Source: Basidiobolus meristosporus CBS 931.73 (lineage: Eukaryota; Fungi; Basidiobolomycota). Taken from it: a stretch of 64,000 nt of DNA. Below, piece by piece: positions 61,961 through 64,000 of this stretch (position 1 is its first letter; each line of letters begins with the position of its first letter). The position numbers were made by a program, and so were the translations under genes. A model generated the notes under the pieces. The model was not told where the DNA came from and searched no databases. It saw only the letters and a list, made by a program, of their open reading frames with translations. Where the stretch lies: contig MCFE01000103.1 of the NCBI GenBank assembly GCA_002104905.1, positions 62,001 through 126,000 on the forward strand, in the 5' to 3' direction.

Positions 61961-62656
61961 TCAAAGACCAACTTTGCCGAGGAGGTTCTTCAGGCAAATC
62001 TTAGCGTTGGCCTTGACCCCCGCAACATTGGCATCGGCACGGATGTCGTCACACTCATCGTGATGCTCTTGAATGTAGTCACCGTTGTAGTCTCCGCTGT
62101 AGTCTCCATCATAGTCCGCATCGTAGTCCCCTTCGCCATAGTCTTCTTCGTAATCGCCCTCATAGTCGCCCTCATAGTCATCCTCATAGTCACCAGAGTA
62201 GTCGGTGCTGTCATAGCCATTACCATGATCCTCGCCCTCACCCTCGCCCTCATAACTGTCCTCATGATCACCTTCATAGTTGCTCCCGTAGCTGTTGCTT
62301 CCTTCATAGGATGTGTCATAGGAGGCATTGTTGTTTTCGTAGTCACCGCCTTCGCCACCACCCTCACCACCATTGTAGTCTTCATGGCCAACATCATAGC
62401 TATTGTTGTTTTCGTAGTCGCCACCTTCGCCTCCACCCTCACCACCATTGTAGTCTTCATGGCCAACATCATAGCTATTGTTGTGATCCTGGCCTACATT
62501 GCCATAGCTGCCTCCGGAACCGTTGTAGTCGGAGGTATCGTAGGATGATTTGCTTGAGCCTTGAATCCCAGTGGTGTACTCTCTTGGGATGGCTAATCCA
62601 TCAGTGAGGTTGACGATGGCGAGGGCGGTGATGGTGAGTAGTCCAAGGTACTTCAT
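61961..62656 (-). CDS. Secreted Gly/Asp/Glu/Tyr-rich repeat protein, 231 aa (copy 1)
   Basis: Signal peptide MKYLGLLTITALAIV, two 25-aa repeats (NNSYDVGHEDYNGGEGGGEGGDYE), YEGD/DY repeats and a conserved C-terminal DIRADANVAGVKANAKICLKNLLGKVGL. Confidence 0.9.
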   Translation of the reverse strand: MKYLGLLTITALAIVNLTDGLAIPREYTTGIQGSSKSSYDTSDYNGSGGSYGNVGQDHNNSYDVGHEDYNGGEGGGEGGDYENNNSYDVGHEDYNGGEGGGEGGDYENNNASYDTSYEGSNSYGSNYEGDHEDSYEGEGEGEDHGNGYDSTDYSGDYEDDYEGDYEGDYEEDYGEGDYDADYDGDYSGDYNGDYIQEHHDECDDIRADANVAGVKANAKICLKNLLGKVGL

Positions 62657-63220
62657 GGTATATTTACGATTCCGTTAACTGGATAATTACTCGAAGAGAG
62701 TGGCTGATAAACAACGGAGAACATCACCGCTTTATTTATATATTATTCACAAGACTCTGACTTGGATGTATCCTCACGTGTACATCAAGCACCTTTTTGC
62801 ATAGATTGAAAGTTGCATAGCATCTAGCACCAGTCGATCTGTTCAGCTGTAATGTAGATCTAGTAATGGAGTCTGTTATTCGTGATATAGCTCAGTAGAG
62901 AGTAGCACATGCAAATGTGAACGCACGTTTATAAGGGGCAAATACAGTTGAGCTCAAGTCGGGTAACGGAGTCCCTTGACACCAACTAATATCTGAGATT
63001 GGCGAGTGGGATTAAACGGATTTGTCTTGAACCTATTTCTCAACTTTGGCCTGCAGATCTCCAAGGGCGAACTTCGAGGTGCATCCCATCCAGATTGACC
63101 AAATAAATCTGCCATTTAATTATTGATCTACATTAATGGGAATTCACCTCAACCGTGCCTATATATAGTGGATGAAACGAATGTCATCCACATACTCAAG
63201 CTTTTGACAGTTTAACTCAA
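62657..63220. promoter_or_regulatory. Putative bidirectional promoter (564 bp)
   Basis: Lies between two divergent ATGs, with TATA-like boxes near each end (about 62732-62743 minus; TATATATAG at about 63159-63167 plus). Confidence 0.55.
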
Positions 63221-63997
63221 ATGAAGTACATTGGATTACTCACCGCCCTCGCCATCGTCAACCTCACTGATGGATTAGCCATCCCAAGAGAGTACACCAC
63301 TGGAATTCAAGGCTCAAGCAAATCATCCTACGATACCTCCGACTACAACGGTTCCGGAGGCAGCTATGGCAATGTAGGCCAGGATCACAACAATAGCTAT
63401 GATGTTGGCAATGAAGACTACAATGGTGGTGAGGGTGGAGGCGAAGGTGTCGACTACGAAAACAACAATAGCTATGATGTTGGCCATGAAGATTACAATG
63501 GTGGTGAGGGTGGAGGCGAAGGCGGCGACTACGAAAACAACACTAGCTATGATGTTGGCCATGAAGACTACAATGGTGGTGAGGGTGGTGGCGAAGGCGG
63601 TGACTACGAAAACAACAATGCCTCCTATGACGCATCCTATGAAGGAAGCAACAGCTACGGGAGCAACTATGAAGGTGATCATGAGGACAGTTATGAGGGC
63701 GAGGGTGAGGGCGAGGATCATGGTAATGGCTATGACAGCACTGACTACTCTGGTGACTATGAGGATGACTATGAGGGCGACTATGAGGGCGACTATGAGG
63801 GCGATTACGAAGAAGACTATGGCGAAGGGGACTACGATGCGGACTATGACGGAGACTACAGCGGAGACTACAACGGTGACTACATTCAAGAGCATCACGA
63901 TGAGTGTGACGACATCCGTGCCGATGCCAATGTTGCGGGGGTCAAGGCCAACGCTAAGATTTGCCTGAAGAACCTCCTCGGCAAAGTTGGTCTTTAA
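63221..63997 (+). CDS. Secreted Gly/Asp/Glu/Tyr-rich repeat protein, 258 aa (copy 2)
   Basis: Near-identical to copy 1, but with three 25-aa repeats, one extra YEGD and a 2-aa shorter signal peptide (25+4-2=27 aa difference). Confidence 0.9.
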   Translation: MKYIGLLTALAIVNLTDGLAIPREYTTGIQGSSKSSYDTSDYNGSGGSYGNVGQDHNNSYDVGNEDYNGGEGGGEGVDYENNNSYDVGHEDYNGGEGGGEGGDYENNTSYDVGHEDYNGGEGGGEGGDYENNNASYDASYEGSNSYGSNYEGDHEDSYEGEGEGEDHGNGYDSTDYSGDYEDDYEGDYEGDYEGDYEEDYGEGDYDADYDGDYSGDYNGDYIQEHHDECDDIRADANVAGVKANAKICLKNLLGKVGL

Positions 63998-64000
63998 TCG

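Noticed and set aside
62060-62548. Hydrophobic, membrane-protein-like ORFs 62060..62548 (+) and 63323..63898 (-), and Met/Thr-rich ORFs 61990..62472 and 63399..63968
   Set aside because: These are antisense or shifted-frame shadows of the low-complexity GAY/GAR/GGY-rich secreted genes. The signal-peptide frame explains the sequence.
61961-63997. Functional link between the acidic secreted proteins and the neighbouring Ca2+ channel
   Set aside because: Adjacency is the only evidence, and eukaryotic neighbours are usually unrelated.

Overview
Eukaryotic, almost certainly fungal, genomic DNA in two sharply different parts. About 1-52.8 kb is a host-gene-free, strongly CpG-depleted block of nested transposons. 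It holds decayed Ty3/gypsy copies and one fully intact Ty5/copia-type (hemivirus-like) element with identical LTRs (6666-11351), plus an older copy and a solo LTR of the same family. It also holds a complete but frameshifted chromoviral gypsy element with a Tf1-type self-priming signature (45304-52254), solo LTRs of two further families, and many fragments of a CMC/CACTA-like DNA transposon whose transposase is paired head-to-head with an uncharacterised ORF. Finally, a two-gene ISL2EU/IS5-like (DDE_Tnp_4) element (34811-39768) has a transposase interrupted by a foldback MITE carrying its own termini. About 53.3-64 kb is CpG-normal genic DNA: a multi-exon four-domain Cch1-like Ca2+ channel (minus strand, pore signature Q/D/E/E), a possible unresolved gene, and an inverted, divergently transcribed pair of near-identical secreted Gly/Asp/Glu/Tyr-rich proteins. 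All domain calls come from motif recognition by eye. No database searches were run, and boundaries of decayed fragments are approximate.
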